Assembly (NCBI GenBank): GCA_963676915.2
Contig: CAXXVK010000057.1
Coordinates: 1-64,000, forward strand
Source of the DNA: Myxococcota bacterium
GTDB taxonomy: Bacteria > Myxococcota_A > SURF-8 > G963663525
Length of the DNA: 64,000 nt
Direction of reading: 5' to 3'
The position numbers and the translations under genes were made by a program. This document shows, piece after piece, positions 48,684 through 58,660 of this stretch. The notes under the pieces are model-generated. The model was not told the origin of the DNA, did not search any database, and saw nothing but the letters and a program-made list of their open reading frames with translations. Within the stretch, counting starts at the first letter, position 1, and every line of letters starts with the position of its first letter.

Positions 48684-49030
48684 GATTGCCTCCCTTGGAA
48701 CTCAAGTCGTAGTTTATGTTTTCGTAACCTTATGAAATCACTAGCTAAATTAATTGCTTTCTTTTCGCTTTTTGAAAGATAAGTCGAAGCTTTGGGATGT
48801 CAAGGGATGGATTGTTGTACAATATCCTCTTGTGGGTGGTCTTTGGCTGGGGAAAATGCGGTAACAGCTTGAAAACAAAGCGATGATTTCGCTTCGAAAA
48901 AGAGTGGAAATCCAAAGCGGGAGATCATTTGATTGTTGATTCCTTTCTTGCACGTCCCGGAACATCGTCCGGGGCCAAAAAGTAGTGGCATGTTCCTGTC
49001 GGTCGTGATAGGTACATTTCAACGTCATAC

Positions 49031-49936
49031 ATGGAGAAAGCGTTGAAACGATTCGTCCATTTTCTGTTTCCGGCCTGCATGGCAGCCGTGGTGCTTTACA
49101 GCCTTTTCACGGTCTGTTCCCCCGTGCCCGATCCCGTGTCGCCGACAACGTGGCAGGCTGTGGAAAAAACCATCGAACCCGAGCGCAAGGACGGCGACTT
49201 GATCGTCGTGCATCCGGCCTGGGAAGACGGTGCGTTGGCCTATTTCAAAAACAACACCCTGTTTTTGGGTAAACCGAATACCCCGAAATACAAAAGCTAC
49301 CTGCGCATCTGGGTCGTTCTGACCCACCAGTCTCCCTTACCGGCGTATCTTTCCGAATTCGTGAAAGTGTTCGACGAGACGGTGCAAGACGCCCGGCTGC
49401 TGCGCTTCGAGCATCCCGACGCCGCGAACGTGCTGTTCGACTTCTATTCGGAAATCCGGCAAGCCAAAGTCACGTTGAAAAAAGGAAAAATCACGAAGCG
49501 CTGCAATGATTTCCAGAACATGCGCTGGGTTTGTCCCGTGCGTGAATGGAACAATTTCGGACAGCGTCAAATGCATGTCGAGGGGGAGTTGGACGCCTGC
49601 CTCTGGATGCACCCCCTCAAAGGATACGTCACGGTGGCCCGGTACGAAAACGTCCCGCTCGATGGTCACTTGAGCGGCAGCTATGCCCTATCCGACGATG
49701 CCGCCAAACTGGTAAACGGAGCACCGGTCAATTTCCGGGTACGGCTCGATGGCAAAGTGATGGGGGACTTCCGAACCGAACAGCAATCGGGATGGCGCTA
49801 TTTCGATATCGATACCACGACGTTTTCGAAGAAAACGGCAGATATCTCGTTCGAGGTCGAAGCGGCCAACGACGGAATGCGGCATTTCTGCTTCCGCGCC
49901 AAAGTGCGAAAAGACAAGCAGAACCGTCCCGAATAA
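49031..49936 (+). CDS. Hypothetical membrane-anchored protein with NPCBM-like carbohydrate-binding C-terminus
   Basis: N-terminal TM; CLWMHP...ALSDDA...PVNFRVRLDG...GW jelly-roll-like pattern. Confidence 0.6.
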   Translation: MEKALKRFVHFLFPACMAAVVLYSLFTVCSPVPDPVSPTTWQAVEKTIEPERKDGDLIVVHPAWEDGALAYFKNNTLFLGKPNTPKYKSYLRIWVVLTHQSPLPAYLSEFVKVFDETVQDARLLRFEHPDAANVLFDFYSEIRQAKVTLKKGKITKRCNDFQNMRWVCPVREWNNFGQRQMHVEGELDACLWMHPLKGYVTVARYENVPLDGHLSGSYALSDDAAKLVNGAPVNFRVRLDGKVMGDFRTEQQSGWRYFDIDTTTFSKKTADISFEVEAANDGMRHFCFRAKVRKDKQNRPE

Positions 49937-50007
49937 CGCAAAACGACGTATCCCTTAGGCAGTATCGTCACCTGCTCTACAGCTAATAGTAAGCCTTCGT
50001 TTTTATG

Positions 50008-51326
50008 CACTGCTGTCCGGTTAATAATTGAATAATTCCAACTGGTTGCCGACACCTTTTTTGTGACTTGTGTAGTCCGGTGGCATTAGAGCCTGTAAAA
50101 TAGGCTTCTTCTCGAACAAAGACACGCTCAAAATCTGTAGAATTGTGTAGAGGCTCAGATCGTCGAGGCCAAGTCGTTTCTTCAGTATTGCCACCAGCAC
50201 ATACACCGAAATCACGATCCAGATTTGCGTTTTGACCGCATTCTCGCTGGTTCCGAAGAATGCCTTGATTCGCAAATGTTGTTTGATCCACTTGAAAAAC
50301 AATTCCACCCGCCAGCGGAGTTTGTAGAGCTTGGCTATATCCAGAGCGGCCAAGACAAAATTGTTCGTCAAAAAAACATAGCGCCCGTTTGTTTCCCGAT
50401 CGACGAATTTCACCACTCGAAGTTTGTCCGGATAATCCTTTTTCGCGTAAAAGCCCGTCAGCACCACGGTCTGATCGCATCGCAAACCCGTGGCTTTGTC
50501 CACTTTTTGCGAATACAGACGACGGTACCTGGTGTTGTGCTTCGTTCGCGTGATGAAAAACGCTCCCTGCCGGTCCATCGTGAACAGTCGTTCGAAATCC
50601 AGATATCCACGATCCATGATGTAGAACGAACCCGCTTCTACCGGCAACAGATCCAGCGCGTTTACATCGTGTACGTTGGCGGGAGTGACATGTACCCAGC
50701 AGGGAATGTCGCCTCGCAGATCCAACAGCGTGTGGGCTTTCACACCGCCTTTCGTTCGGCGAAACGTTGCCCATGGAAACAGCGACAGACAAAGATCGAT
50801 GGTGGTGGAATCGAAAGCGTAGGCGGTTTCTTCCAGTTCCACACCGAAGGCGTCTCCGGCATACAGATTCCTCGCCTGACGAATCAAGACCATTGCGAAA
50901 TCCATCCAGATGCGCCAGTCGCGCCGCTCGTTGGCATCGGCCAGTGTACTTCGGGAGACTTTGCCGCGAATGCCCATGTGGTACAGCTTGGGCTGCATGG
51001 ATCGCAGGCAGCATTCGATGTCTCGTAGACTTTCTCGATACGCGAGTTGGGCAAACGCCATGCACAGGAATTGGTCCATGCAGGAAAATCGTTTGACGTA
51101 ACGTTCGCCCCGGTATCGTTTCACACAAGCGGCGAACGATTTGTACGGCAGAACCTCCATGACTTGTGAAAAAATGGTACGTCCAGAATTCATCGGCGGC
51201 CTCTCGGCAAATACCGAAAGTATGCCACCTGCCGAATTTCAAATCGTTCCCTTGCAAGTTTCCTCTATTCTTGCGTGATTCCAACAGGTTATCTCATGTC
51301 TCAGCAGTTTTTACCGGACAGCAGTG
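50008..51326 (-). mobile_element. Complete IS4-family insertion sequence (1319 bp)
   Basis: Terminal inverted repeats CACTGCTGTCCGGT (14 bp perfect) and 9-bp target duplication GTTTTTATG at 49999-50007 and 51327-51335. Confidence 0.96.
50021..51193 (-). CDS. IS4-family DDE transposase (DUF4372-like N-terminus)
   Basis: SRSTLADAN, FDSTTIDL, MDRGYLD, YKLRWRVELFFKWIKQHL (YREK motif). Confidence 0.96.
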   Translation of the reverse strand: MNSGRTIFSQVMEVLPYKSFAACVKRYRGERYVKRFSCMDQFLCMAFAQLAYRESLRDIECCLRSMQPKLYHMGIRGKVSRSTLADANERRDWRIWMDFAMVLIRQARNLYAGDAFGVELEETAYAFDSTTIDLCLSLFPWATFRRTKGGVKAHTLLDLRGDIPCWVHVTPANVHDVNALDLLPVEAGSFYIMDRGYLDFERLFTMDRQGAFFITRTKHNTRYRRLYSQKVDKATGLRCDQTVVLTGFYAKKDYPDKLRVVKFVDRETNGRYVFLTNNFVLAALDIAKLYKLRWRVELFFKWIKQHLRIKAFFGTSENAVKTQIWIVISVYVLVAILKKRLGLDDLSLYTILQILSVSLFEKKPILQALMPPDYTSHKKGVGNQLELFNY

Positions 51327-51525
51327 GTTTTTATGGAAATTTTATCCATCGATAGTGTGCCATAGTCTCACGGACCGAGTCCGGGAGGCTGTGCAATCCA
51401 TAGGGAGCACAGCCTTCCTCGCTTTGCGAGGTGGATTATCGCACACTCGTTCGACGATTTTTCACATTTTCAATGAGTGATGAACTCGCCAACGAACCGG
51501 TGTCGCCACTATCCCGTTCAAATGA

Positions 51526-53853
51526 TTATTCCGTGGCTTCGGTGCTGTCCTCATCGCCTCCGGTGGAGGACTCGCCGCTATCCGCAGAATCGTCCGTTTC
51601 GGTTTCGCCTTCGAAGTTCGGCGAAATGGGAGTGAAAGCGTTGTCCCAGGAACGCAGGCTCGGGTTTTCGATGCGCAGATGATAGATACCCTGTCCGTCG
51701 CCGTAGCCGAACCAGATTCCGTCCCGGAAATCCACCTTCACAGTGGCTCCGCGAGCCGTTTCGAGATCGATCAGCAGCCCTTCGTCGTCGGAGGCATCGA
51801 GAGGCGTTCCCATCGGATCGTGAATCAGCAAGCCGCCTTCTACGAAGTAAACCAGCCTGCCGGCGGAATCCATATCGAAAGAATACGAAGGCTTTTCAAT
51901 CTCGTAATTCACCTGTTGATCGTCATCGATGGAGAGGGTCGAAGCGGTGTCGTAATACAGCAATCCTTCCAGCGTCATCACCCAGAAACCGCCGGGATGA
52001 TCGGGGTCTTGGCGAATGGTTTTGACTTCCCTCGACTCCTCCAGAAGCCCCGAGATCCCAACATCGTCGGACGATTCGACCAGCGATCCGCCGCAATCGT
52101 AATAATGCAATCCCAGCGCATTGCCGATCAGGCCGTGGCAGTCATCGAAAAAGGCCATGTCGTTGGACAAAAATCCCGAGGTCTGCGCCCCGAAAAATTC
52201 CGTGTCGATTTCATTCCAGGAGTCGTCACCGATGCTATCGGGTGTTCCCTTGCTGTTGTAGACATCGAAACTGCCGAACGGCAAGCCGCTGATGTACTGG
52301 ACAGAACTTACCCAGATGTAGTTTTGGGGACCGACTGTCATCCCTTCGATCCCGGAAGGCGCTCCGCCACCGTTCCAAAGAATCGGATCGGCTTCGGGAG
52401 GTAGATAACCCAGGTTGTACCCACCGAACAGCACGCCCTCTCCATAATCTTCCATCATCTGGACGGCAAAAGGCACCGCCGAGTCCGCACGACGAATCAC
52501 GTGATAGGTGAACTCGTAATCGGTCGGTTCGGCGTCGGTTTCGATACCGATTTCCATCACTCCGCCGGGACCGCCCAAAAAGACTTTTCCGTCCTGCGTG
52601 GCAAACCCCGATAGATCGTTGAATGGAACTTGTCCCAAAGAGCTGTAATCCCTGCGGGTCCATCCTGCGGTTTGCAACGTGTCGTCGAATTCGAGAAAAC
52701 CGAAATCCATCCGGCTGCTGTACCAGAGTCCTTTTCCCGAGAGGTAGGCCGCCGATTCGAGGCGGTTGTCCAGCCCGGTGAACCCCTGGTCTTCGAGTTC
52801 TTCGAGCACGTTGTCCGTGTCGTCGTCCAGATCGACGATATCCAACAGGAAAAGATGGAATCCGTAATCTTCGAAAGCCAGCGCACGACCGGAATCGAGC
52901 GGGTACAATCCTTCCAGCTTGATTTCGGCATTGGCGAACGTTACGAGTTTGTCGTCGGTGGTGTCGCTCAGCGTTCCTTTATGGGCAAGATAAACGGCGG
53001 TCTCGTCGTTGATAAACCACACGCCGTCTTCGCCATCGGTGTCGATGGTTTTGGGCGCGAAATTCAGTGCGGGAAAGCGGTGTTTTTCCACGAAATCGAA
53101 ACCTTGTCCACCGATAGGAGCCAGCCGAAACGCCTGAATTTCCGCGTTACCGGAGTCGGTTACCTGGGTCCAGAGCCAGCCGTTGGTGTCGGTGGCGAGA
53201 GGATACGGACGACCTGCCAGCAAGGTGCCGGAATCTTTGTAATCGGCGATACGGATCACGTTCGCGCCATCTTGATCCGTTTCCTTCAGGAGAGCGATCA
53301 AACCGCTGCCGGTGGATAAAAACAGCCCGTTGCCGCCCTTGTTGCAGGTGGCGGCGAGGATTTCCCGGTTGCCTTCCATGTAGGAGGAAACCGGGGCTTC
53401 TTCGAAACTGTCGTCCGATCCACTGGTGGAGGTATCGCCCGTATCGTAAACGAATACCTGGGTTTTGGTACCCATCCAGATCGTGTCCGAGGCATCGATG
53501 CACAGCCAGCTCATCGATTTTTCCGGCCAGTTTTCAAGGGTTTGCGAGTTTTGCAGCACCAGTGCGTCGTCTTCGGTGTCATCCCAGTCCATTCCAGGAT
53601 TGAAGCCGGTCAATCCGGCACCGGAAACGGCCCATACCGTGCCGATGGAATCCACGGCAATCGCGGCTTCCTGGGCGTTGTGGTACTGAACCATGTCTGT
53701 TTTGTTGTAAACCACGGTCGGTTCGTTTTCCTGGTCGCCGCCTTCAAGGGAAACTTTTTCATTGCTTTCGCAACCGAAAAAGCCCCACGTGGTCAGGACC
53801 GCCAAAAACAGAACGAAAAACGGGATTCGACAGGTTACGCTCATCAACCTCAC
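51526..53853 (-). CDS. Acidic beta-propeller lipoprotein with repeated GTxxDxxDD loops
   Basis: Lipobox FFGC; blade motifs (IAVDSIGTVWA, IDASDTIWMGT, DTNGWLW, DGEDGVWF, DFRDGIWFG). Confidence 0.7.
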   Translation of the reverse strand: MRLMSVTCRIPFFVLFLAVLTTWGFFGCESNEKVSLEGGDQENEPTVVYNKTDMVQYHNAQEAAIAVDSIGTVWAVSGAGLTGFNPGMDWDDTEDDALVLQNSQTLENWPEKSMSWLCIDASDTIWMGTKTQVFVYDTGDTSTSGSDDSFEEAPVSSYMEGNREILAATCNKGGNGLFLSTGSGLIALLKETDQDGANVIRIADYKDSGTLLAGRPYPLATDTNGWLWTQVTDSGNAEIQAFRLAPIGGQGFDFVEKHRFPALNFAPKTIDTDGEDGVWFINDETAVYLAHKGTLSDTTDDKLVTFANAEIKLEGLYPLDSGRALAFEDYGFHLFLLDIVDLDDDTDNVLEELEDQGFTGLDNRLESAAYLSGKGLWYSSRMDFGFLEFDDTLQTAGWTRRDYSSLGQVPFNDLSGFATQDGKVFLGGPGGVMEIGIETDAEPTDYEFTYHVIRRADSAVPFAVQMMEDYGEGVLFGGYNLGYLPPEADPILWNGGGAPSGIEGMTVGPQNYIWVSSVQYISGLPFGSFDVYNSKGTPDSIGDDSWNEIDTEFFGAQTSGFLSNDMAFFDDCHGLIGNALGLHYYDCGGSLVESSDDVGISGLLEESREVKTIRQDPDHPGGFWVMTLEGLLYYDTASTLSIDDDQQVNYEIEKPSYSFDMDSAGRLVYFVEGGLLIHDPMGTPLDASDDEGLLIDLETARGATVKVDFRDGIWFGYGDGQGIYHLRIENPSLRSWDNAFTPISPNFEGETETDDSADSGESSTGGDEDSTEATE

Positions 53854-53874
53854 CCTTGTGACTTGACGAAAAAG

Positions 53875-55218
53875 TTATCTTGTCGCGTTTTTGCGACGGA
53901 GAATTCCAAACAAGATCAGACTCATAACAGCCAACAACGAAGCGGCGGCACCGTTTTCGGCCATCTGACATCCCCCGAAACCGTATTCGGGATCGTAGCT
54001 TTCGGTCGCGGCGGCACTGCCCGGCAGTTCGTTGTTGTCATCCGGGTTATCCGTTCCGGCGTTCGGATCGTCGCTTGCAGCAACGACTTTTTTGGAACTG
54101 ACCCACTCGAACGTTTCCAGCACGCGGCCATCCGGGGTTTTTGTAACAGCCGAAATGTTGGGGCCGTTGATGTCGAACACCACGTAATGATTGACCTCTT
54201 CGCACATGTGATTGAAGATGCCGTATTCTTCACGAGGTTCGCATTCGTACAGACCCGCACCGCCACCACCGCTGACGATGAAGTTCAGCCCGTTGGCGGC
54301 TTCTCCACGATAGTAGTGGTGGTCGTGACCCGAAAGTATCGCCGTTACGTTGTAATCTTTGAGCTGGTCGATGACCGCTCGCAGATTGGCATTGCCGTTC
54401 CGGCCGGATTTGGCGGTGTACGGACCTTCGTGAATTCCAAGAAAAATATGAAGGATTTCAGGGTTTTCCGCCGCATCCTGCAACACGGCCATCAGCCATT
54501 CCTGCTGGGGAGATCCCACCGCCAGTGAAGCCACCTGGTCGTCCAGACCAATGAAACGGGTGTTGCCGTAATCCTGGAAATAATAATGTTCGTCGAAATG
54601 GTTGTCTTCGTCTCTGGAAAGCTTTGGCAGCGAGAAAAACTCTTTGTACATATCGCAGTTGCCGCTGTTGGTGTCGTGGTTGCCGATGATCGGAAGCAGC
54701 GGGGTGGTGGCCATCAGTTCTTTTTCGATGTTGAAATGTTCCTGCCAGCCTTCGGCATCCGTTCCCGTTCGTACGATATCCCCGCTGTTCATGTAGATGT
54801 CCGGGGATTCCTTGACCATCGCGTTGACCACTTTTTGATGGTCCAGATAATTCGAGCGGGAGTCGCCGTAGGCGATGAAGCGGAACGGTTCGCTGGCCGG
54901 AATCGCCGTCCAGAACTGAATCGGCTCCGACTCTTCCCCGTCGCTGGTCACTTTGTAGGTGTAGGCGGTGTTTATCTCCAGGCCATCCAAGCGGACTTCG
55001 TGCATAGCTCCTGCGGGTGCTTCGATTTTCTGCGTCAACGTGTCGTTGATTCCGTATTCGAGAGTTCCGCCGCTATCGGATTCCGTCTCCCAGACGATCG
55101 TAACCCCGGTTTTTCCAAGCTGCTGAACATACGGACCTTTTTTGATCCCGGCGCTGGCCGTGCTCCAAGCCGACATCACAAGTGCAAACGCCACAAAAAA
55201 CGTTCCCATGCGTTTCAT
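53875..55218 (-). CDS. Purple-acid-phosphatase-like metallophosphoesterase with FN3 domain and MYXO-CTERM-like tail
   Basis: KGPYVQ, YGDSR, GDIV, GNHD, SGHDHHY, SGGGG; C-terminal GGCQMAENGAAASLLAVMSLILFGILRRK. Confidence 0.9.
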   Translation of the reverse strand: MKRMGTFFVAFALVMSAWSTASAGIKKGPYVQQLGKTGVTIVWETESDSGGTLEYGINDTLTQKIEAPAGAMHEVRLDGLEINTAYTYKVTSDGEESEPIQFWTAIPASEPFRFIAYGDSRSNYLDHQKVVNAMVKESPDIYMNSGDIVRTGTDAEGWQEHFNIEKELMATTPLLPIIGNHDTNSGNCDMYKEFFSLPKLSRDEDNHFDEHYYFQDYGNTRFIGLDDQVASLAVGSPQQEWLMAVLQDAAENPEILHIFLGIHEGPYTAKSGRNGNANLRAVIDQLKDYNVTAILSGHDHHYYRGEAANGLNFIVSGGGGAGLYECEPREEYGIFNHMCEEVNHYVVFDINGPNISAVTKTPDGRVLETFEWVSSKKVVAASDDPNAGTDNPDDNNELPGSAAATESYDPEYGFGGCQMAENGAAASLLAVMSLILFGILRRKNATR

Positions 55219-55286
55219 GCTTTTTTCTCCTTCGGTGTACATTGCGAATCTTCTTAAATGAAACTTCTACAAACTAACAATAACAT

Positions 55287-56687
55287 CTAAATATGGACTT
55301 GCAAAAGGAAAACCACTTCATCATTGGCTACATCTTTCAGGCGTGAAGCGGAGTATTCTTCCGCTCCTGCCGATTCGAGTTCCTGCTTGTGAGTATAGTT
55401 GACCATCAGCCGCATCAGGTTGATGGGCCACCAGCTGAATCCTGCCGTAATCCAGCGCCGCGCCTGATTGGCGTTTTGCGGAATGGGTTTGTCCAGGTTG
55501 GTGTCGTCCGGATCCCACCACTGGTAACGAACGGCGAATTCGTATTCCCGTTTGGGGAAAGAATATCCCGCGTACACCTGATATCCCATGGCTCGGGTGG
55601 TGGCGTCTTTGTAATTCGCCACTTTGTAATCGATGGCGCGTTTCTGGTCGTCCATGGTCTGCATGGCCCATTCGCCTCCCAGAAATGCTCCGTAGACATA
55701 CAACCGGGCATCGGCGCTCATCGCATAGCGGCTGTTTTCGAGAATCTGCGGCATTTTCTTTTGGTAGAATCCACCGCATCCGGCCTCGATCCGCACTTTT
55801 TCGTGAATCCAGTCGATGCTGTTGAACGTGAATCTTCCGGCGAACACGTTGGTGCCCCAGACTTCTTCCAGCGGTTTGGAAAGACCGGTATAGATGCCGC
55901 CTTCCAGGGAAAACGCCTTGTCCAGCGCGTGCAGTTGCAAACCGATGCCTGCATGACGTTTCAGTCCGATATGGACCAACTCCTTAAGATAGGACGAACC
56001 ATAAGGTTTGACGTACTGGGGCCGGTCGTAAAAGTACATCAGGTGATCGGAGACCAACTCACCGTGCAAAAACGGCACTTTCGACACACCGATACGCAAT
56101 TTCGCGCCAAACGCCGACGAATAGACCTCGGTTTCGCCGTAGGTGTCGCTGATTTCGGCTCCACTGGCGAAGTTGGCTTTGGCGGCATAGCGTACGGCCA
56201 GTTTCCATTTTTGCGCGAAAGCATACTCGTCAAGCTGTCCGATGAACCCGAATTGCGCGTCGTACAGCTTGAATCCCGCTTGTCGAAGCACGCGGTTGGT
56301 TTTGTCTCGTTCTTCGTTGATCAGACCGGAGCGTAGCAGGATATGGGGTTTCATATACTGCCAGATCTTCCCGGAAGAGGTCTGCTCGTCGAAAAATTCG
56401 CGAACGCCCAGCCGGTCCGGTCCGCCTACTTCCGATTCGGTCGAAGCGGTCGCTTCGGTGTTCGGCTCGGCTTCAACCGTTGGATTTTCTTCTGTTTTCT
56501 CTTCGTTTTCGATATCCGCCAGAATCTGGTCGATGTTCTCCGGCGTCACGGCTTCCGACGGCGGTTCCGTGCCATCTGCGGTTTGTTGGGCAAACCCTGT
56601 CGGCAGAAACAGCAAAGAAACGAACAAAACGGAAACGCCTGCAAAAAGGCGCGACATCCACGGCAACCGGTGACTCGTCGCTGTCAT
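55287..56687 (-). CDS. Outer-membrane porin (OprO/P-like)
   Basis: Signal peptide; ISDTYG, RIGVSKVPF, FAGRFTF, AVRYQWWDPD, ITAGFSWW, RLMVNY; C-terminal LLQVHI. Confidence 0.72.
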   Translation of the reverse strand: MTATSHRLPWMSRLFAGVSVLFVSLLFLPTGFAQQTADGTEPPSEAVTPENIDQILADIENEEKTEENPTVEAEPNTEATASTESEVGGPDRLGVREFFDEQTSSGKIWQYMKPHILLRSGLINEERDKTNRVLRQAGFKLYDAQFGFIGQLDEYAFAQKWKLAVRYAAKANFASGAEISDTYGETEVYSSAFGAKLRIGVSKVPFLHGELVSDHLMYFYDRPQYVKPYGSSYLKELVHIGLKRHAGIGLQLHALDKAFSLEGGIYTGLSKPLEEVWGTNVFAGRFTFNSIDWIHEKVRIEAGCGGFYQKKMPQILENSRYAMSADARLYVYGAFLGGEWAMQTMDDQKRAIDYKVANYKDATTRAMGYQVYAGYSFPKREYEFAVRYQWWDPDDTNLDKPIPQNANQARRWITAGFSWWPINLMRLMVNYTHKQELESAGAEEYSASRLKDVANDEVVFLLQVHI

Positions 56688-57105
56688 GGTCCCTCTTTCG
56701 AATACGAATCAAGGCACGTCGAGAATTTTGGAGTTTAGCAACGCAACCTCGCAAAAATCCTCGGGAAGTATGAACTATCCAACGTATAGCCAGAGAGTCA
56801 CGGAGATGCAAACTTCTTAAGATATTTTTTCGTTAAAATTTCAACAGGGTCAGTGTTTTGTACAAATATCCAGTCTTTACAATGCCTTGTGAGGTTGTTA
56901 AGTGTTTCTATATTTCATAGTTTACACTACGTCACAAAGTCTTGTCTTTAGGGTCTTTTTGTTCCGGAAATCCGTCACAAAGGGTGGGGAATCGGGAACA
57001 TTGTGCCGAAACTCCAGCTTGCGATCTGCCAGCCTGTGAAAACGAAAACCGCCCGAAACCAAGTTCTCGATTCCGGGCGGTGCGAAAGAGGCTTTCCCGT
57101 CGATA

Positions 57106-57873
57106 CTATCCTTGCATCAGGAAGAACGTGTAGCCGTAGAGGTCACCGTAGCGATGAAACAGGTCGAGTTCCTGTCGGTGGTGAGCCACGACGGCCATGG
57201 CGTCGGGGTTGTCGGCGTATTTGCGTTCGAACCCTTCGAGTTGCTTGGATACCGGAAGATAGTAGGCATCCCACCATCCCTCACGTGGCAACGTGAACTC
57301 GTCGAGCAGCCGGTATCCGGCTTCGCCAATGACGCGCCGACGACCGTCGAGGGAGGCGTCTTCTTCGGGGTCCATCAGGCAGAATTTGCGCAACTCGGCG
57401 GGTGGATCGTCCGTAAGCCAGGTCAGTTCGGAGACCACCAGAAAGCCACCCGGTTTCAACAACCTTCGCCACAGGTCGAGACCTCGCGCAAATCCTATGA
57501 TGAAAATGGACCCTTCCGCCCAAAGGACATCGAAGGACTGATCCTCGAACGGCAATTCGGCCATGTCGGCCACTTGCGTCGAGATTCGATCCGAAAACCC
57601 TTCCCGTTCGGCCTGGCGTTTCAGGATCTCCAGAAACGGCGGGTACAGGTCGGTGGCGACGATCTCGACGGCGCTTTTTCGCGCCAATTCGAGGGTCTGC
57701 TTGCCAACGCCGCAACCGATATCCAACAAGCGCTGATCACGGCGCAAGGGTGGAAGAAGGTTTAGCGCTTTTTCGGTGCAGACGTCGAGGCCCGGACCTT
57801 GTCGTGGTGTGGATTCGTACAGTTCGAGAAAATAAGCCCAAAAGGAATCTTTGGACATGGAATCGCTGGACAT
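57106..57873 (-). CDS. Class I SAM-dependent methyltransferase
   Basis: PRQGPG, LLDIGCGVG, DMAELPF..SFDVLWAEGSIF, LKPGGFLVVSE, YGYTFF. Confidence 0.92.
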   Translation of the reverse strand: MSSDSMSKDSFWAYFLELYESTPRQGPGLDVCTEKALNLLPPLRRDQRLLDIGCGVGKQTLELARKSAVEIVATDLYPPFLEILKRQAEREGFSDRISTQVADMAELPFEDQSFDVLWAEGSIFIIGFARGLDLWRRLLKPGGFLVVSELTWLTDDPPAELRKFCLMDPEEDASLDGRRRVIGEAGYRLLDEFTLPREGWWDAYYLPVSKQLEGFERKYADNPDAMAVVAHHRQELDLFHRYGDLYGYTFFLMQG

Positions 57874-58130
57874 TGGAATACTCCTTGATAACTCGATTCA
57901 CTACCGGACGGGCAACACAACGCCCTCCGGCAGCAGTGCCGTTGAAATCGCTCTTCGAGCGAATTCGAATTTTCTAACTAAGCCTTACGAGCAAACAAGG
58001 AGCGCAAGCATCAAAACTCTTTTCGTATCCAATGTTTCAACATGGCCGCAGAAACCCTCTGCAGCACGTGCGTTTTTATGACGAGTTCTCGGAGAAAAGT
58101 CAAGAATTTGTTCAGGTTCCTAACGTCGGG

Positions 58131-58331
58131 GGGTGCATCACAAAATAGTGCGACTTTCGTAAAATCCTCTTTTTTCGTAGCGGCGAGGCGTAAGCCCGCC
58201 GTTTTTGCCTTTTGAAAGTTGCTTTTACGCCCCCAATCTCCCTTTTCGGCGGGCTTACGCCTCGCCGCTACAACCAAATGAATGAATGATTCAATATTAT
58301 TGGGCCAATTCGCACCATTTTGTAGTGCACC
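58131..58331. mobile_element. MITE-like non-autonomous element
   Basis: Imperfect 22-bp terminal inverted repeats GGTGCATCACAAAATAGTGCGA / TCGCACCATTTTGTAGTGCACC, flanked by direct repeat TAACGTCGGG (58121-58130, 58332-58341). Confidence 0.8.
58177..58271. repeat. REPIN-like doublet inside the MITE
   Basis: Perfect 25-bp inverted repeat GTAGCGGCGAGGCGTAAGCCCGCCG / CGGCGGGCTTACGCCTCGCCGCTAC. Confidence 0.88.
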
Positions 58332-58660
58332 TAACGTCGGGCTGGAAATCCGACATGAAACGAAGGGGTCCGGGTGAAGGACAATGGTACCCCACTAAAA
58401 TTCTCTCCCTGACCTACCCACCTCCAAAGGAAATTTCCTAGTCTTATCAGTATATTATAAAGAGTGGTACCTAAAATACGTATCACCAATTTTCGATACC
58501 CCCACGATTTATTAGATAAATCATATTAGCTTGACGCCGCTGTGAAAAAATGTTAGCGGATCAATGGCCTTGTAAAAGGACTGCGATAACGACCTTGAGC
58601 GGGAGGAACCCGCATGTGCCATATTTTTTTCCGAATGAAAACATTGGAAGGAGAACAGGA

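Noticed and set aside
48750-49028. 92-aa ORF upstream of dnaK
   Set aside because: No motifs or clear RBS; lies in the divergent promoter region.
56870-56980. Pho boxes upstream of the porin
   Set aside because: GTCACAAAG occurs twice but not with the 11-bp periodicity of Pho boxes; insufficient support.
58538-58560. Rex operator upstream of sat
   Set aside because: Only the TGTGAA half-site matches; the second half is not TTCACA.
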